Shown in pieces: positions 8,231 through 18,789 of a stretch of DNA of 64,000 bases. A program made the translations under genes and the position numbers. The stretch's first letter is position 1, and each line of letters opens with the position of its first letter. The stretch spans positions 105,628-169,627 of the forward strand of contig WRPG01000003.1 of the NCBI GenBank assembly GCA_009773355.1, in the 5' to 3' direction. This DNA comes from Limisphaerales bacterium. Lineage in GTDB: Bacteria > Verrucomicrobiota > Verrucomicrobiia > Limisphaerales > SXTU01. The notes below the pieces were generated by a model. That model was given only the letters and a program-made list of their open reading frames with translations. It searched no databases and was not told the origin of the DNA.

Positions 8231-8263
8231 CCAAAGAAAAAGCCCGCTCGAATCCGAGCGGGC
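8231..8263 (-). terminator. Rho-independent terminator after rplQ
   Basis: Minus strand reads GCCCGCTCG-GATT-CGAGCGGGC followed by TTTTTCTTTGG. It starts 26 nt after the rplQ stop. Confidence 0.7.
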
Positions 8264-8288
8264 CTTTCGTGAATGGTTTGGAGCGCGC

Positions 8289-8825
8289 TTACTTCGCGGC
8301 CTCGGCCTTGGGAGCCTCGGCGGGCGCGGCAGCCTCACCCTCGACGAACTCGAGGATGGCCTCCTGCGCGGCGTCGCCCTGGCGTTCGCCGAGCTTGAGG
8401 ATGCGGGTGTAGCCGCCGTTGCGGTCCTTGAACTGGGGCGCGATTTTGTCGAACAGGATGTGGATCACGTCCTCGTTCTCACGCCACTTGTCGCGGGCGA
8501 CCTTGCCCTTGTGCTTGGGCGAGCCTTTGAAGTGGCTCTTCGGCTGCTGGCGGACGCGCGCGGCCACGAGGCGGCGGCAATGGACGCTCTCGGCGGTGAG
8601 GGCGGCCTTCTTTTTGTCGTCGGCGGTGGCGGCGGCCTCGATGGCGCGGTTGGCGCGACGGCCGAGGGTGACGAGCTTCTCCACCACGGGACGCAGGACT
8701 TTCGCCTTGGCGAGCGTGGTGGTGATGCGCTTGGACTTGATGAGGCTGCACACCATGTTCGCGAGCATCGCGTTGCGATGTTCGCCGGTGCGGCCGAGTT
8801 TGGCGGTGCGTTTAAGGTGGCGCAT
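8289..8825 (-). CDS. rplQ: 50S ribosomal protein L17 (with internal/C-terminal low-complexity extension)
   Basis: MRHLKRTAKLGRTGEHRNAMLANM... is a canonical L17 N-terminus. Last gene of the alpha operon. Confidence 0.95.
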   Translation of the reverse strand: MRHLKRTAKLGRTGEHRNAMLANMVCSLIKSKRITTTLAKAKVLRPVVEKLVTLGRRANRAIEAAATADDKKKAALTAESVHCRRLVAARVRQQPKSHFKGSPKHKGKVARDKWRENEDVIHILFDKIAPQFKDRNGGYTRILKLGERQGDAAQEAILEFVEGEAAAPAEAPKAEAAK

Positions 8826-8839
8826 AGGTCAACCGGTGT

Positions 8840-9853
8840 TCAGACGGCGGGCTTGTCCTCTTTCGGGGCATCCAGCAGCGACTGGTCAATGGGCATGCCC
8901 AAGCCGAGGCCGAGGGCGAGCAGCTTGTCCTTGATCTCCTGGAGGGACTTCTTGCCGAAGTTGCGATACTTCAGCATGTCGCCCTCGGACTTCATGGCGA
9001 GCTGGCCGACGGTGGTGATGTTGGCGTTGTTGAGGCAGTTGGCGGCGCGGACGGACAGCTCGATCTCGTTGACGCTCATGTTCAGGAGCTTCTTGAGCTT
9101 GCCCTGTTCCTCGTCCTGCTTGTTCTCAACCTCGGTGAACTGGACGGCGTTGCGGTCGTAGTTCACGAAGACGTCGAGGTGCTTCTGGAGAATGGCGCTG
9201 GCCTGGAGGAGCGCGTCGTCGGGCGTGATGCGCCCGTCGGTCCAAATCTCGACGACCAGACGGTCATAGTCCGTGCGCTGGCCGACGCGGGCGGCCTCGA
9301 CGGCATACTTCACGCGGGTGACCGGGGAGAAGATGGAGTCAATCGCGATGACGCCGATGGGCTGGTCGGTCTTCTTGTTTTCGTCGCCGGGGCAGAAGCC
9401 GCGGCCAAGCTTCACTTCCAGCTCCATGACGAGCTTCTTCTTCTTGTCGAGCGTGCAGATGATCTGGTCGGGGTTGACGACGGAAACATGCTGGTTCAGC
9501 TCGATGTCACCGGCGGTGACCTCGCCCTCCTTGTTGACGCTGAGGATGAGGTTCTGGACGTCGTGCGTGTCGGACTTGAGCTTGACCTTCTTGAGGTTGA
9601 GGACGATCTGGGTCACGTCCTCGACGACGCCGTCCACAATGGCGAACTCATGCTGCGCGCCCTCGATTTTCACCGAGGTGACGGCCGCGCCTTCGAGCGA
9701 GCCGAGGAGGAGGCGGCGGAGGGAGTTGCCAATGGTGTGACCGAAGCCGGTTTCAAACGGCTCGGCGCTGAACTTGGCATAGGTGGGCGTGGCGGTGGCG
9801 TCGTCTTTCTGCAACCGCTTGGGCATTTCGAACCGGGCGAGGCGGACTGGCAT
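8840..9853 (-). CDS. rpoA: DNA-directed RNA polymerase alpha subunit
   Basis: 337 aa with conserved alpha NTD/CTD sequence (FGHTIGNSLRRLLL..., ELSVRAANCL). Located between rpsD and rplQ. Confidence 0.95.
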   Translation of the reverse strand: MPVRLARFEMPKRLQKDDATATPTYAKFSAEPFETGFGHTIGNSLRRLLLGSLEGAAVTSVKIEGAQHEFAIVDGVVEDVTQIVLNLKKVKLKSDTHDVQNLILSVNKEGEVTAGDIELNQHVSVVNPDQIICTLDKKKKLVMELEVKLGRGFCPGDENKKTDQPIGVIAIDSIFSPVTRVKYAVEAARVGQRTDYDRLVVEIWTDGRITPDDALLQASAILQKHLDVFVNYDRNAVQFTEVENKQDEEQGKLKKLLNMSVNEIELSVRAANCLNNANITTVGQLAMKSEGDMLKYRNFGKKSLQEIKDKLLALGLGLGMPIDQSLLDAPKEDKPAV

Positions 9854-9957
9854 GGTGTGTTACTGTTTCTGCAATTTTAATCTGGCCGACGGCGCTATTC
9901 CCGGCGCGGGCCGGCCCATATAATTGCGTTGTGTCCCCGATTCCGGGGACGGTTGTC

Positions 9958-10569
9958 TTAGCGGGAATAAAATTCGACCACCGCCTGCTCGTTGGCGATG
10001 GGGTGGATCTCGTCGCGGGACGGAACCCGGAGGAGCGTGCCCTTGAAGGCGTCTTTGTTCAGCGCGAGCCACTCGGGCACCGCGCGGGCGGTGGAAAGCT
10101 CCAGATTCTTGGTCGCGAGCTGGCGCGAGACGCTGGAGTCCTTCACCTCGATCACGTCATTCACCTTCACGGCGTAGGATGAGATGCTGACCTTGCGGCC
10201 GTTCACCTTGATGTGGCCGTGGCCGACCATCTGGCGCGCGGCAGCGCGGGTGGTGGCGAAACCGAGGCCGAACACGAGGCTGTCGAGACGGGTCTCGAGA
10301 ATCTGGAGCATCTGCTCGCCGGTGACGCCACGGCGGCGGAGGGCCTTCTCATAGACGTTGCGGAACTGCTTCTCCATGAGGCCGTAGAAATACCGGAGCT
10401 TCTGCTTCTCCAGCAGGCCGAGGCCGTATTCCGTGGTCTTGCGGCGGGAACCCTTGGGGCCATGCACGCCGGGCGGATAGTTGCGGCGCTCAAGATACTT
10501 CGAGGGGCCGAAGATGGGGATGCCGAAACGGCGGCTGACGCGGACGCGGGGACCTGTGTAACGAGCCAT
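9958..10569 (-). CDS. rpsD: 30S ribosomal protein S4
   Basis: MARYTGPRVRVSRRFG... is a canonical S4 start. 203 aa. Confidence 0.95.
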   Translation of the reverse strand: MARYTGPRVRVSRRFGIPIFGPSKYLERRNYPPGVHGPKGSRRKTTEYGLGLLEKQKLRYFYGLMEKQFRNVYEKALRRRGVTGEQMLQILETRLDSLVFGLGFATTRAAARQMVGHGHIKVNGRKVSISSYAVKVNDVIEVKDSSVSRQLATKNLELSTARAVPEWLALNKDAFKGTLLRVPSRDEIHPIANEQAVVEFYSR

Positions 10570-10598
10570 AATGCGTGATGCTTAAAACGTGAGGAGGA

Positions 10599-11189
10599 CT
10601 AGACGCGGCGCTTCTTGCGGGGGCGGCAGCCGTTGTGCGGCACCGGGGTCACGTCCTTGATGGTGGAAATCTCCAAGCCGATGGCCTGCAACGCGCGGAT
10701 GGCGGACTCACGACCGGAGCCGGGGCCGCTGACGCGAATCTCGACCTCGCGAAGGCCGTGGGACATCGCCTGACGGGCGGCGTCCTGCGCAACCTGCTGC
10801 GCGGCGAACGCGGTGCTCTTGCGGGAGCCTTTGAAGCCCACGCGCCCGGCGCTCGACCAGCCAATCACGTTGCCCTGCATGTCCGTGATGGAGACGTTGG
10901 TGTTGTTGAAGGTGGAGAGGATGTGCGCGATGCCGACGGCGACATTCTTCGCGCCCTTGGCCTTGACGATTTTCTTGCCGGCATTCTCGTCCGCAAGCAA
11001 CTCGGCGGCGGTTGGTGCGGCAGCGGCGGCAGCCACGCCGGGAGCAGCCGGGGCGGCAGGCGCGGCGCCAGCAGTGGCGGGCGCGGCGGCTTCCTTCTTG
11101 GGCTTGGCCTCGCCAGCAGCCGCAGGGGCGGCTTCGGTGGCGGGCTTCGCTTCCTTCTTCGGGGCGGGTTTCTTCTTTTCTTCGGCCAT
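10599..11189 (-). CDS. rpsK: 30S ribosomal protein S11 with about 70-aa Ala/Pro/Lys-rich N-terminal extension
   Basis: C-terminal 125 aa are canonical S11 ([12 protein letters not shown]...[13 protein letters not shown]). The N-terminus is low complexity. Confidence 0.92.
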   Translation of the reverse strand: MAEEKKKPAPKKEAKPATEAAPAAAGEAKPKKEAAAPATAGAAPAAPAAPGVAAAAAAPTAAELLADENAGKKIVKAKGAKNVAVGIAHILSTFNNTNVSITDMQGNVIGWSSAGRVGFKGSRKSTAFAAQQVAQDAARQAMSHGLREVEIRVSGPGSGRESAIRALQAIGLEISTIKDVTPVPHNGCRPRKKRRV

Positions 11190-11212
11190 AGCGGTGAGTC
11201 AGTTGGAAATGA

Positions 11213-11605
11213 TCAGGCGGCCGCGGCGGGCTTGGCGGCGCGTTGCACACCGACGGTGCGGCGGGGGCCTTTGCGCGTGCGGGAGTTGGTCTGGGTGCGC
11301 TGGCCGCGGACGGGCAGGCTCTTCAGGTGGCGGATGCCCCGGTAGCACTTGATGGCCTGGAGGCGCTTCAAGTTCAAGCCGAGTTCGCGGCGGAGGTCGC
11401 CCTCGGTCACATACTTGCCGTCCTGAATCGCGTGGACGATCTGCGAGAGCTGGGCCTCGGTCAGGTTCTTCGCGCGGATGGACGGGTCAATCTGCGCCTT
11501 CGCGATGATCTCGCGGGCGTTGACCGGGCCGATGCCGTAGATATAGCGCAGCGCGATGTCAATGCGCTTGTCGCCGGGGATGTCCACACCAAGGATGCGT
11601 GCCAT
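11213..11605 (-). CDS. rpsM: 30S ribosomal protein S13
   Basis: [26 protein letters not shown]... is canonical S13. Confidence 0.95.
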   Translation of the reverse strand: MARILGVDIPGDKRIDIALRYIYGIGPVNAREIIAKAQIDPSIRAKNLTEAQLSQIVHAIQDGKYVTEGDLRRELGLNLKRLQAIKCYRGIRHLKSLPVRGQRTQTNSRTRKGPRRTVGVQRAAKPAAAA

Positions 11606-11617
11606 AAATTCTTAAGT

Positions 11618-11731
11618 TTAACCCTGCCGTTGCTTGTGCCGCGCGTTCGTGCAGATCACGCGAATCACGTTCTTGCGCTTCACGATCTTGCAGTGCTCGC
11701 ACATTCTTTTCACCGAGGCCCTGACTTTCAT
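11618..11731 (-). CDS. rpmJ: 50S ribosomal protein L36
   Basis: Hand translation gives [37 protein letters not shown]. It is below the 60-aa track cutoff. Its ATG overlaps the infA TGA (ATGA at 11728-11731). Confidence 0.93.
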   Translation of the reverse strand: MKVRASVKRMCEHCKIVKRKNVIRVICTNARHKQRQG

Positions 11732-11952
11732 AAATTGTTTTCGTTCAACACCACAAACCCGTGCGACAAGTCGCCGGGCGTCAATTTCACCGTCACCATC
11801 GCGCCCATTTTCACCCGCTCCACCAGCGGAGCCTGCCGGCGCGCCACATGGCCCAGCAGCCGGTGGCCGTTCGCGAGTTCCACCCGCAACAGCCCGTTCG
11901 CCAGCGCTTCCACTACCGCGCCCTCAACGACGAAGGCAGATTCTCCGGGCAC
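11728..11952 (-). CDS. infA: Translation initiation factor IF-1 (start uncertain; GTG 11952 proposed)
   Basis: [29 protein letters not shown]...[17 protein letters not shown] matches the IF-1 S1-like fold pattern. The track ORF extends to 12039 but that part overlaps map. GTG 11952 gives 74 aa. Confidence 0.8.
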   Translation of the reverse strand: MPGESAFVVEGAVVEALANGLLRVELANGHRLLGHVARRQAPLVERVKMGAMVTVKLTPGDLSHGFVVLNENNL

Positions 11953-12692
11953 GTCAAAATTTCCGGCTCGGACTCGGTGATGAGCACCGTGTGCTCCATG
12001 TGCGCCGACGGCAACCCGTCCTGCGTCACCACTGTCCATTTGTCACTCAACACTTTCACCACGGCCGAACCCGCGTTCACCATCGGCTCGATGGCAATCG
12101 TCATGCCCGGCTTCAACTTCGCCGAGTTCTTGCCCGGTTCCACGAAGTTTGGCACCTGCGGATCCTCGTGGACCGTGCGCCCGACGCCGTGACCGACAAA
12201 TTCACGCACCACGCTGAAGCCGTTCGACTCAACGTAGGTCTGCACCGCCCGCGAGATGTCCACGACACGGTTCCCGGCCAACGCGCGGGAAATTCCTTCA
12301 TACAAGGCCTGCGTCGTCACATCAATCAGTTTTTGCGCCAGCAGGTTGCATCCGCCCACCGCGACGGTCTTCGCCGTGTCGCCGATGTAGCCCTGATACC
12401 GCACGCCCACATCCAGGCTGATGATGTCGCCAAACTGGATGCGGCGCGGCCCGGCCAGTCCGTGCACCACCTCGTCGTTCACCGAGATGCAGATGTTGCA
12501 CGGATACTTCCGGTAGCCGAGAAACGCGCTGGTCGCGCCGTAGTGCCGGATGCGGGACGCCGCGAAGTCATCCACTTCCTTCGTCGTCACGCCGGGCCGG
12601 ATGAACGCGCCCACGTCATTCAGCACCACCGCGGCGATCGCCCCGGCGGCCCGCATGATGTCGAGTTCGCGTTCTGTCTTTAAGACAATCAT
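11913..12692 (-). CDS. map: Methionine aminopeptidase type I
   Basis: 259 aa with conserved MAP motifs (HGIP-like [34 protein letters not shown]). Confidence 0.93.
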   Translation of the reverse strand: MIVLKTERELDIMRAAGAIAAVVLNDVGAFIRPGVTTKEVDDFAASRIRHYGATSAFLGYRKYPCNICISVNDEVVHGLAGPRRIQFGDIISLDVGVRYQGYIGDTAKTVAVGGCNLLAQKLIDVTTQALYEGISRALAGNRVVDISRAVQTYVESNGFSVVREFVGHGVGRTVHEDPQVPNFVEPGKNSAKLKPGMTIAIEPMVNAGSAVVKVLSDKWTVVTQDGLPSAHMEHTVLITESEPEILTCPENLPSSLRAR

Positions 12693-12813
12693 TGCCGCAA
12701 CACAGCCGAGGTCAGCACCAGTTCATCCAGCACCCACTTCCCACGTTCAAGGAACATTTCGCCAAGCGGCCAACCGCCGGGCGCTAGCCGCTTCCCACCG
12801 GAAAGCGCTCAAA

Positions 12814-14217
12814 TCAAAACCGCCCGCGCAGACGCGGCCCCTTGCCGCCCTTGCCACCGCTGAGAAAACCGTCGTAGTGCCGCATCAGGAGGTGCGACTC
12901 CATCATCCGCATCGTGTCCAGCACCACGCCGACGGTGATGAGCAGGCTCGTGCCGCCGAAAAACTGCGAGACGTAGTAGTTGATGCCGAACTTCCGCGTC
13001 ATGAACGTCGGGATGATGGCGATGACGCACAGGAAGATTGCCCCCGCCAGCGTGATGCGGCTCATCGTGTGATGCAGGAAATCGCTCGTGGCCTGGCCCG
13101 GACGCACGCCAGGGATGTAGCCGCCATACTTCTTCAGGTCGTCGGCGATTTGCACCTCATTGAACTGCGTCGCCACCCAGAAGTAAGAGAAGAACAGAAT
13201 CATCGCCGCCAGCGCCGCCATGTGGGTCCACTGATCCTCCCGGAAATTCAGCGACAACTTCACCAGCAAGTCACCCGTCGGCCCCCCCAACGACTGCCCC
13301 GCCATCCCCAGCAGCTTCTCGGGGAACATCAGTATCGCCTGCGCAAAAATGATCGGCATCACCCCCGCGTAATTCACCTTCAGCGGCATGAACGAGCTGC
13401 CGCCCTGCACCATCTTCCGACCCACCGTCCGTTGCGCATACTGCACCGGAATCTTCCGCTGCGCCTGCGTCACCGCGATCACCCCCGCGATCACCGCCAG
13501 CAGCAGCAGCACCAGCGCGACGCCGTGGAACAAATTGAACTTGGCCTGGATGCCCTCCGGCGTCACAAACATCTCCCACAGCGCCTGCACCGTCTGCGGC
13601 ACGCGGGCCAAGATGCCAATGGTGATGACCAGCGACACGCCGTTGCCGATGCCGCGCTCGCTGATTTGCTCGCCGAGCCACATCATCAGCAGCGTCCCCG
13701 TGGTGAGCAGCAAGGTGGTTTGCAGCCGGTAAGCCAGGCCGGGGTCCGCCACGAGCTGCCCGTTGAACCCCTGGAAAATCTTCTCCGGGTTCTCCCAGGC
13801 AATCGCCATCACGAAGCCCTGCCCGAGGCAAAGAATGACCGTGAGGTAGCGACCGTATTGGATGATTTTCGCGCGACCGCCCTCCTCCCGCGCCAGCTTG
13901 CTCAACTGCGGGATGACCGCGCTGAGGAGCTGGATGATGATGGTGGCGCTGATGTAGGGCATGATGCCCAGCGACCCGATGCCGCACCGCTCCAGCGCAC
14001 CGCCGGTGAACATCGAATACATCCCCAGCAGGCCGCCGCCGTCCTTTTTGGCAATCTCATCGAAGAACGCCTGCAACGCCGCGCCATCCAACCCCGGCAG
14101 CGGGAGCATCGAGACGAGGCGGCAGATGGCGAGGACGATGAGGGTGAAGAAAATCCGCGACTTCAGCTCCGGAATCTTGAAGCAGTTGACGAACGTGTTG
14201 ACGATGTTCTTGAACAT
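12814..14217 (-). CDS. secY: Preprotein translocase subunit SecY
   Basis: 467 aa polytopic membrane protein with canonical SecY sequence. Located between rplO and map. Confidence 0.95.
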   Translation of the reverse strand: MFKNIVNTFVNCFKIPELKSRIFFTLIVLAICRLVSMLPLPGLDGAALQAFFDEIAKKDGGGLLGMYSMFTGGALERCGIGSLGIMPYISATIIIQLLSAVIPQLSKLAREEGGRAKIIQYGRYLTVILCLGQGFVMAIAWENPEKIFQGFNGQLVADPGLAYRLQTTLLLTTGTLLMMWLGEQISERGIGNGVSLVITIGILARVPQTVQALWEMFVTPEGIQAKFNLFHGVALVLLLLAVIAGVIAVTQAQRKIPVQYAQRTVGRKMVQGGSSFMPLKVNYAGVMPIIFAQAILMFPEKLLGMAGQSLGGPTGDLLVKLSLNFREDQWTHMAALAAMILFFSYFWVATQFNEVQIADDLKKYGGYIPGVRPGQATSDFLHHTMSRITLAGAIFLCVIAIIPTFMTRKFGINYYVSQFFGGTSLLITVGVVLDTMRMMESHLLMRHYDGFLSGGKGGKGPRLRGRF

Positions 14218-14237
14218 GGAGCGAAGTCAGCCGCCGC

Positions 14238-14699
14238 CTAGGCTGCCTTGGGAGCCGGAGCCTCGCACGCGCCGCCGAGCGCCTCAATCTGTTTGCGGGC
14301 ACCCGCGCTGAACGCGTCCGCCACCACGGTCAGCTTCTTGGTGAGCTTGCCGTCGCCGAGAATCTTGATGCCGCCGCTGGACTTGCCGTTGGCCAGGCCG
14401 GTCTGGCGGAGCGCCGCCTCGTCCACCCGCGCGCCGTCATCGAAGGCGTTCAAACCCTCGACGTTGACGGGGATGTAGGTGGTGGCAAAGCGGGCGTTGC
14501 TGAAACCGCGCTTGGGCAGGCGGCGGAAGAGCGGCATCTGGCCGCCCTCGAACGTGGGGCGGATGGAGGAACCGCTGCGCGCGGACTGGCCCTTGCCGCC
14601 GCGGCCGGAGGTCTTGCCGTGGCCGCTGGACTCGCCCTGGCCGAGGCGCTTTTTCCGGTGCTTCGCGCCGGGACGGGGCTTCAGATCGTGGAGACGCAT
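14238..14699 (-). CDS. rplO: 50S ribosomal protein L15
   Basis: [38 protein letters not shown]... is canonical L15. Confidence 0.95.
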   Translation of the reverse strand: MRLHDLKPRPGAKHRKKRLGQGESSGHGKTSGRGGKGQSARSGSSIRPTFEGGQMPLFRRLPKRGFSNARFATTYIPVNVEGLNAFDDGARVDEAALRQTGLANGKSSGGIKILGDGKLTKKLTVVADAFSAGARKQIEALGGACEAPAPKAA

Positions 14700-14722
14700 G
14701 GTGACGAAAGGTTAAGAGTGAA

Positions 14723-15403
14723 TCAGGCTGCGACGGGGGCGGCGGAAGCGCCGGCTTCCTTGCGCGCGCCACCGAGGCTGACGCCGCGGCGCTTGGCCAC
14801 GTCCTCGCGGAGGCGGAGGCTTTGCAGCGCCGCGATGGTCGCCTTGGCGACGTTCGCCGCGTTCTTGGAGCCGAGCGACTTGCTCAACACGTCCTTGATG
14901 CCGACGGTTTCGAGCACCGCGCGGACGGTCTTGCCGGCGATGAGGCCGGTGCCCGGCGAGGCGGGGCGCAGGAGCACCTTCGCGCCGTCGAAGGCGCAGT
15001 AGGCGTCGTGCGGAATCGTCGCGCCGGTGATGGACACGGAAAGCATGTTCTGCTTGGAGGCCTCGCCACCCTTTTTGATGGCCTCGGAAACCTCGGCGGC
15101 CTTGCCGAGGCCGATGCCGATCTTGCCCTTGCGGTCGCCGGTGACGACGAGCGCGCTGAAGCTGAAGCGGCGTCCGCCCTTCACGACCTTCGCGGAGCGG
15201 TTGATGAAGAGCACCTTCTCGCAGAACTCGCTGTTCGCGTTCTGCTCGGCTTCGGGACGGCGGCGCGGACCACCGCGACCGGGGCCACGGCCACGGCCAC
15301 CGCGGTCGCCACCACGCTGCTCGCTGCGTTCGGCGGGGGCGGCTGCGGCGACGGGCGCCGGCTCGGCGGCGACGGCGGGAGGATTCGTAATTGGTTCAGA
15401 CAC
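14723..15403 (-). CDS. rpsE: 30S ribosomal protein S5 with about 60-aa Ala/Pro/Arg/Gly-rich N-terminal extension and C-terminal tail
   Basis: Core is EKVLFINRSAKVVKGGRRFSFSALVVTGD... The extension is low complexity. Confidence 0.93.
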   Translation of the reverse strand: MSEPITNPPAVAAEPAPVAAAAPAERSEQRGGDRGGRGRGPGRGGPRRRPEAEQNANSEFCEKVLFINRSAKVVKGGRRFSFSALVVTGDRKGKIGIGLGKAAEVSEAIKKGGEASKQNMLSVSITGATIPHDAYCAFDGAKVLLRPASPGTGLIAGKTVRAVLETVGIKDVLSKSLGSKNAANVAKATIAALQSLRLREDVAKRRGVSLGGARKEAGASAAPVAA

Positions 15404-15426
15404 GGGTCAGGTCTCCTGTTCGCGGG

Positions 15427-15792
15427 TTAAAATTTCAGACCACTCTCGCGGGCGGCATCGGCCAGCGCCTTCACCTTGCCGTGATAACGCGCGCCGCTGC
15501 GGTCGAACACCACGGCGGAAATGCCCTTGGCCTTCGCGGCCTCGGCGGCGGCCTTGCCGACGGTGACGGCGCTCTTCACGTTCGCGGCGAGCGACGCGCG
15601 GTCGGCCTGCGCCTTCGCGCGGGTCGAGGCGGACGCGAGGGTCACGCCCTTGCCGTCGTCAATGAACTGCACATAGATGTGCTCGCCGGTGAAGCGGACG
15701 CTCATGCGGGGCCGCTCGGCGGTGCCGACGACCTTCTTGCGGATGCGCCAGATGCGCAGTTGCCGAAGCTGTTGTTTCTTCTGGGTTCTCAT
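15427..15792 (-). CDS. rplR: 50S ribosomal protein L18
   Basis: 121 aa. ...[16 protein letters not shown]...[25 protein letters not shown] is canonical L18. Confidence 0.95.
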   Translation of the reverse strand: MRTQKKQQLRQLRIWRIRKKVVGTAERPRMSVRFTGEHIYVQFIDDGKGVTLASASTRAKAQADRASLAANVKSAVTVGKAAAEAAKAKGISAVVFDRSGARYHGKVKALADAARESGLKF

Positions 15793-15830
15793 TGCGTGCG
15801 GACCACGGTCTTGGCCGTGGCCTCAAATGG

Positions 15831-16367
15831 TTACTGGACCGTCTTGCCTTCCTTGCGGACGACGTGCTCGCCCACGTAGCGGACGCCCTTGCCCTTGTAA
15901 GGCTCCGGCGGGTAGTAGCCGCGAATCTCGGCGGCGACCTGACCGACGACCTGCTTGTCGGGGCCTTCGATGGTCAGCTTGGTGTTTTCATCCACCGTCA
16001 CCTTGATCTGGTCGGGGATGTTGAAAAGGATGGGATGCGAGAAACCCAGCGAGAGGTCAACCTGCTTGCCCTTCACGGCGGCCTTGAAGCCGACGCCCTG
16101 AATTTCGAGCTTCTTGACGTAGCCCTCGCTGACGCCCTTGACCATGTTGTTGATGAGCGCGCGGGTCAGACCGTGCAGCGCCTTCGCCTCGGCGTCGTCG
16201 CCCTGCCGGGCCACGATGACCTGGTCCTTCTCGACGGTCGCGGTGACGCGCGCCGGGATGGCCTGCTGCAACTTGCCCTTCGGACCCTCGACGAAAACAC
16301 TGGTGCCCCGCACCTCGACCTTGACCTTGGCCGGGATGGAAACGGGCTGTTTACCGATGCGTGACAT
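15831..16367 (-). CDS. rplF: 50S ribosomal protein L6
   Basis: MSRIGKQPVSIPAKVKVEV... is canonical L6. Confidence 0.95.
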   Translation of the reverse strand: MSRIGKQPVSIPAKVKVEVRGTSVFVEGPKGKLQQAIPARVTATVEKDQVIVARQGDDAEAKALHGLTRALINNMVKGVSEGYVKKLEIQGVGFKAAVKGKQVDLSLGFSHPILFNIPDQIKVTVDENTKLTIEGPDKQVVGQVAAEIRGYYPPEPYKGKGVRYVGEHVVRKEGKTVQ

Positions 16368-16379
16368 AAGCGTGAAAAG

Positions 16380-16769
16380 TTACCAGACGTAGCAGAGCAG
16401 CTCGCCACCGACATTCTGGCGGCGGGCCTCGTTGCCGGTCAGGATGCCGGCGGGCGTGGAAAGAATCGCGGTGCCCATGCCGTTCCGGACCCGGGGAATC
16501 TCGGTGGCCCCGACATAACGGCGCAGGCCGGGCGAACTGACGCGCTGGAGGCCGTCAATGACGCTCTTGCGGCCGGCATACTTGAGTTTGACCTTGATTT
16601 TCTTCTTGGCGACCGCGCCCTCGACGGCGACATCGCTCACGTAGCCCTCGCGCTTGAGGATGTGGGCGATGCTCTCCTTCATCTTGGAGTGCGGGATCTC
16701 AACGCTGGGCAGCAGCGCGTTGCCGGCGTTGCGGATGCGGGTCAAAAGGTCAGCAATGGGGTCGCTCAT
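16380..16769 (-). CDS. rpsH: 30S ribosomal protein S8
   Basis: MSDPIADLLTRIRNAGNA... is canonical S8. Confidence 0.95.
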   Translation of the reverse strand: MSDPIADLLTRIRNAGNALLPSVEIPHSKMKESIAHILKREGYVSDVAVEGAVAKKKIKVKLKYAGRKSVIDGLQRVSSPGLRRYVGATEIPRVRNGMGTAILSTPAGILTGNEARRQNVGGELLCYVW

Positions 16770-16771
16770 AA

Positions 16772-17041
16772 TTACCAGCTCGCTTTCGTGACACCAGGGA
16801 TCATGCCGGACAGGGCCAGCTCGCGGAACGTCAGGCGGGACACGCCGAACTTGCGGATGAAGCCGTGGCGGCGTCCCGAGACGGCGCAGCGGTTCACCAG
16901 CCGCACGGGCGAGGCGTCGCGCGGCAGCTTCGCGAGGCCGGCGTAATCTTTCTTCGCCTTCAGCTCGGCACGTTTGGCGGCGAATTTCTTCACCGTTGCC
17001 TGCTTGCGCTTGTTGCGTTCCAACCAGGAGGTCTTGGCCAT
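16772..17041 (-). CDS. rpsN: 30S ribosomal protein S14 (89 aa)
   Basis: ...[39 protein letters not shown] is a canonical S14 C-terminus. Confidence 0.95.
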   Translation of the reverse strand: MAKTSWLERNKRKQATVKKFAAKRAELKAKKDYAGLAKLPRDASPVRLVNRCAVSGRRHGFIRKFGVSRLTFRELALSGMIPGVTKASW

Positions 17042-17058
17042 AGTCTGGGTTCGTTAAA

Positions 17059-17601
17059 TTACTTTTCCGCGAAGGGCATGCCCATCAGCTTGAGCAGGTC
17101 GCGCGCCTCGTCGTTGGTCGGCGCGGAGGTGACGATGGTGATGTCCATGCCCTGCTGGCGCTTGATCTTGTCCAGATCAATCTCCGGGAAAATGGTCTGG
17201 TCGGCGATGCCGATGGAGTAGTTGCCGCGCCCGTCGAACTTGCGCGGGCTGATGCCGCGGAAGTCGCGAATGCGCGGCAGCGCGGTGGCGACGAGCCGGT
17301 CGAAGAACTCATACATCGCGTCGCGGCGCAGGGTGACAAAGCAGCCGACCGGCTGGTGCTGGCGCACCTTGAAGTTGGCGATGCTCTTGCGCGCCTTGGT
17401 GATGACGGGCTTGCGGCCGGTGATCGCGGTCAGGTCCTTGGCAGCGTCATCAATGGCACTCTTCTCCAGCGAGGCGCTCACGCCCATGTTGATGACGATC
17501 TTCTCCAGCTTCGGCACCTGGTGGACGTTCTTGTATTGGCGCTTCTCGACGAGCGCGGGGCGCACTTCGCCAATGTATTTTTTGTAAAGTCGGGATTCCA
17601 T
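17059..17601 (-). CDS. rplE: 50S ribosomal protein L5
   Basis: 180 aa with conserved L5 sequence. Position in the spc operon. Confidence 0.95.
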   Translation of the reverse strand: MESRLYKKYIGEVRPALVEKRQYKNVHQVPKLEKIVINMGVSASLEKSAIDDAAKDLTAITGRKPVITKARKSIANFKVRQHQPVGCFVTLRRDAMYEFFDRLVATALPRIRDFRGISPRKFDGRGNYSIGIADQTIFPEIDLDKIKRQQGMDITIVTSAPTNDEARDLLKLMGMPFAEK

Positions 17602-17606
17602 ACGCG

Positions 17607-17894
17607 TCAGGCTTTGGCTGGCTCGGCGGCGGGCGTGCCGCGCTTGGCGGCGCGGGCGTCGAACTTGGCGGCGAGCATCACGTTCGAGACGTGGATGGGG
17701 CCTTCGCGTTCGAGGATCGCGCCGTTGGGGTTCTGCTGGTTCTTGCGGACGTGCTTCTTCTGGATGTTCACGCCCTCGACAAAGACGCGCTCGGTCTTGG
17801 TCACCACGGAGATGATCTTGCCGCGCTTGCCTTTGTCCTTGCCGGTGATGACGACCACTTCGTCCTCACGTTTCACATGAAGTTTGCTGGGCAT
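17607..17894 (-). CDS. rplX: 50S ribosomal protein L24
   Basis: KLHVKREDEVVVITGKDKGKRGKI... shows the KOW motif of L24. Confidence 0.95.
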   Translation of the reverse strand: MPSKLHVKREDEVVVITGKDKGKRGKIISVVTKTERVFVEGVNIQKKHVRKNQQNPNGAILEREGPIHVSNVMLAAKFDARAAKRGTPAAEPAKA

Positions 17895-17896
17895 AA

Positions 17897-18262
17897 CTAG
17901 ATGACCTCCGGGGCGAGCGAAATGATTTTCATAAACTTCAGGTCGCGCAGCTCGCGGGCCACGGGACCGAAGATGCGCGTCCCCTTCGGGTTGCGCTCGG
18001 CGTCAATGATGACGATGGCGTTGCGGTCGAAGCGCAGGTAGGAGCCGTCCGCGCGGCGGATGCTCTGCCGGGTCCGCACAACGACGGCGTCGCAGACCTC
18101 GCCTTTTTTCACGGTGCCGTCAGGAGCGGCCTCCTTGATGTGGCACTTGATGACTTCGCCGACGCCGGCGTAGGTCTGGTTCTTGCCTTGGACGCCGATC
18201 ATCGCGGCACGCTTGGCACCGGTGTTGTCGGCCACGTCGAGAATGGAGCGGATTTGGAGCAT
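17897..18262 (-). CDS. rplN: 50S ribosomal protein L14
   Basis: [18 protein letters not shown]... is canonical L14. Confidence 0.96.
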   Translation of the reverse strand: MLQIRSILDVADNTGAKRAAMIGVQGKNQTYAGVGEVIKCHIKEAAPDGTVKKGEVCDAVVVRTRQSIRRADGSYLRFDRNAIVIIDAERNPKGTRIFGPVARELRDLKFMKIISLAPEVI

Positions 18263-18274
18263 GGTCGGTTCGGG

Positions 18275-18571
18275 TTAGGCCGTGACTTGCGCCTGTTCCT
18301 GGGCGCGCTCGACGATTTCAACCAGCCGCCAGCGCTTGGTCTTGGAGAGCGGACGGGTCTCCTCGATGCGCACGATGTCGCCGACCCTGGCCTCGGACTT
18401 CTCGTCGTGCGCGTAAAACTTCTTGAAGCTGGTGACCACCTTCTTGAACTGCGGGTGCGGGAAGCGGCGCTTCACGCTCACCACAATGGTCTTCTGCATC
18501 TTGCTGGAGACGACCTCGCCGGTGCGTTCCTTGCGCTGGTGGCGCTCAATGTTGTTCGCGGAGTCGGGCAT
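18275..18571 (-). CDS. rpsQ: 30S ribosomal protein S17
   Basis: ...[26 protein letters not shown]... is canonical S17. Confidence 0.95.
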   Translation of the reverse strand: MPDSANNIERHQRKERTGEVVSSKMQKTIVVSVKRRFPHPQFKKVVTSFKKFYAHDEKSEARVGDIVRIEETRPLSKTKRWRLVEIVERAQEQAQVTA

Positions 18572-18574
18572 GGC

Positions 18575-18787
18575 TTAGGCGGCTTTGGGTTGCGCGGATT
18601 GCTGGCGGAGCTGGGTGATGCGGGTCTCGACACGCGCGATGTCCTTGCGGAGGAGGCGCAGGCGGGAGGGCTTTTCGAGCTGCGCGGTGGCCTTTTGCAG
18701 GCGCAGGTTGAACAGCTCCTGCCGCAGGTCGCGGCTCTTGACGGCCAGCTCGGCCACCGTCATGTCTTTGAGTTCGGCAAATTTCAT
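18575..18787 (-). CDS. rpmC: 50S ribosomal protein L29
   Basis: MKFAELKDMTVAELAVKSRDLRQELFNLRLQ... is canonical L29. Confidence 0.95.
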   Translation of the reverse strand: MKFAELKDMTVAELAVKSRDLRQELFNLRLQKATAQLEKPSRLRLLRKDIARVETRITQLRQQSAQPKAA

Positions 18788-18789
18788 GG

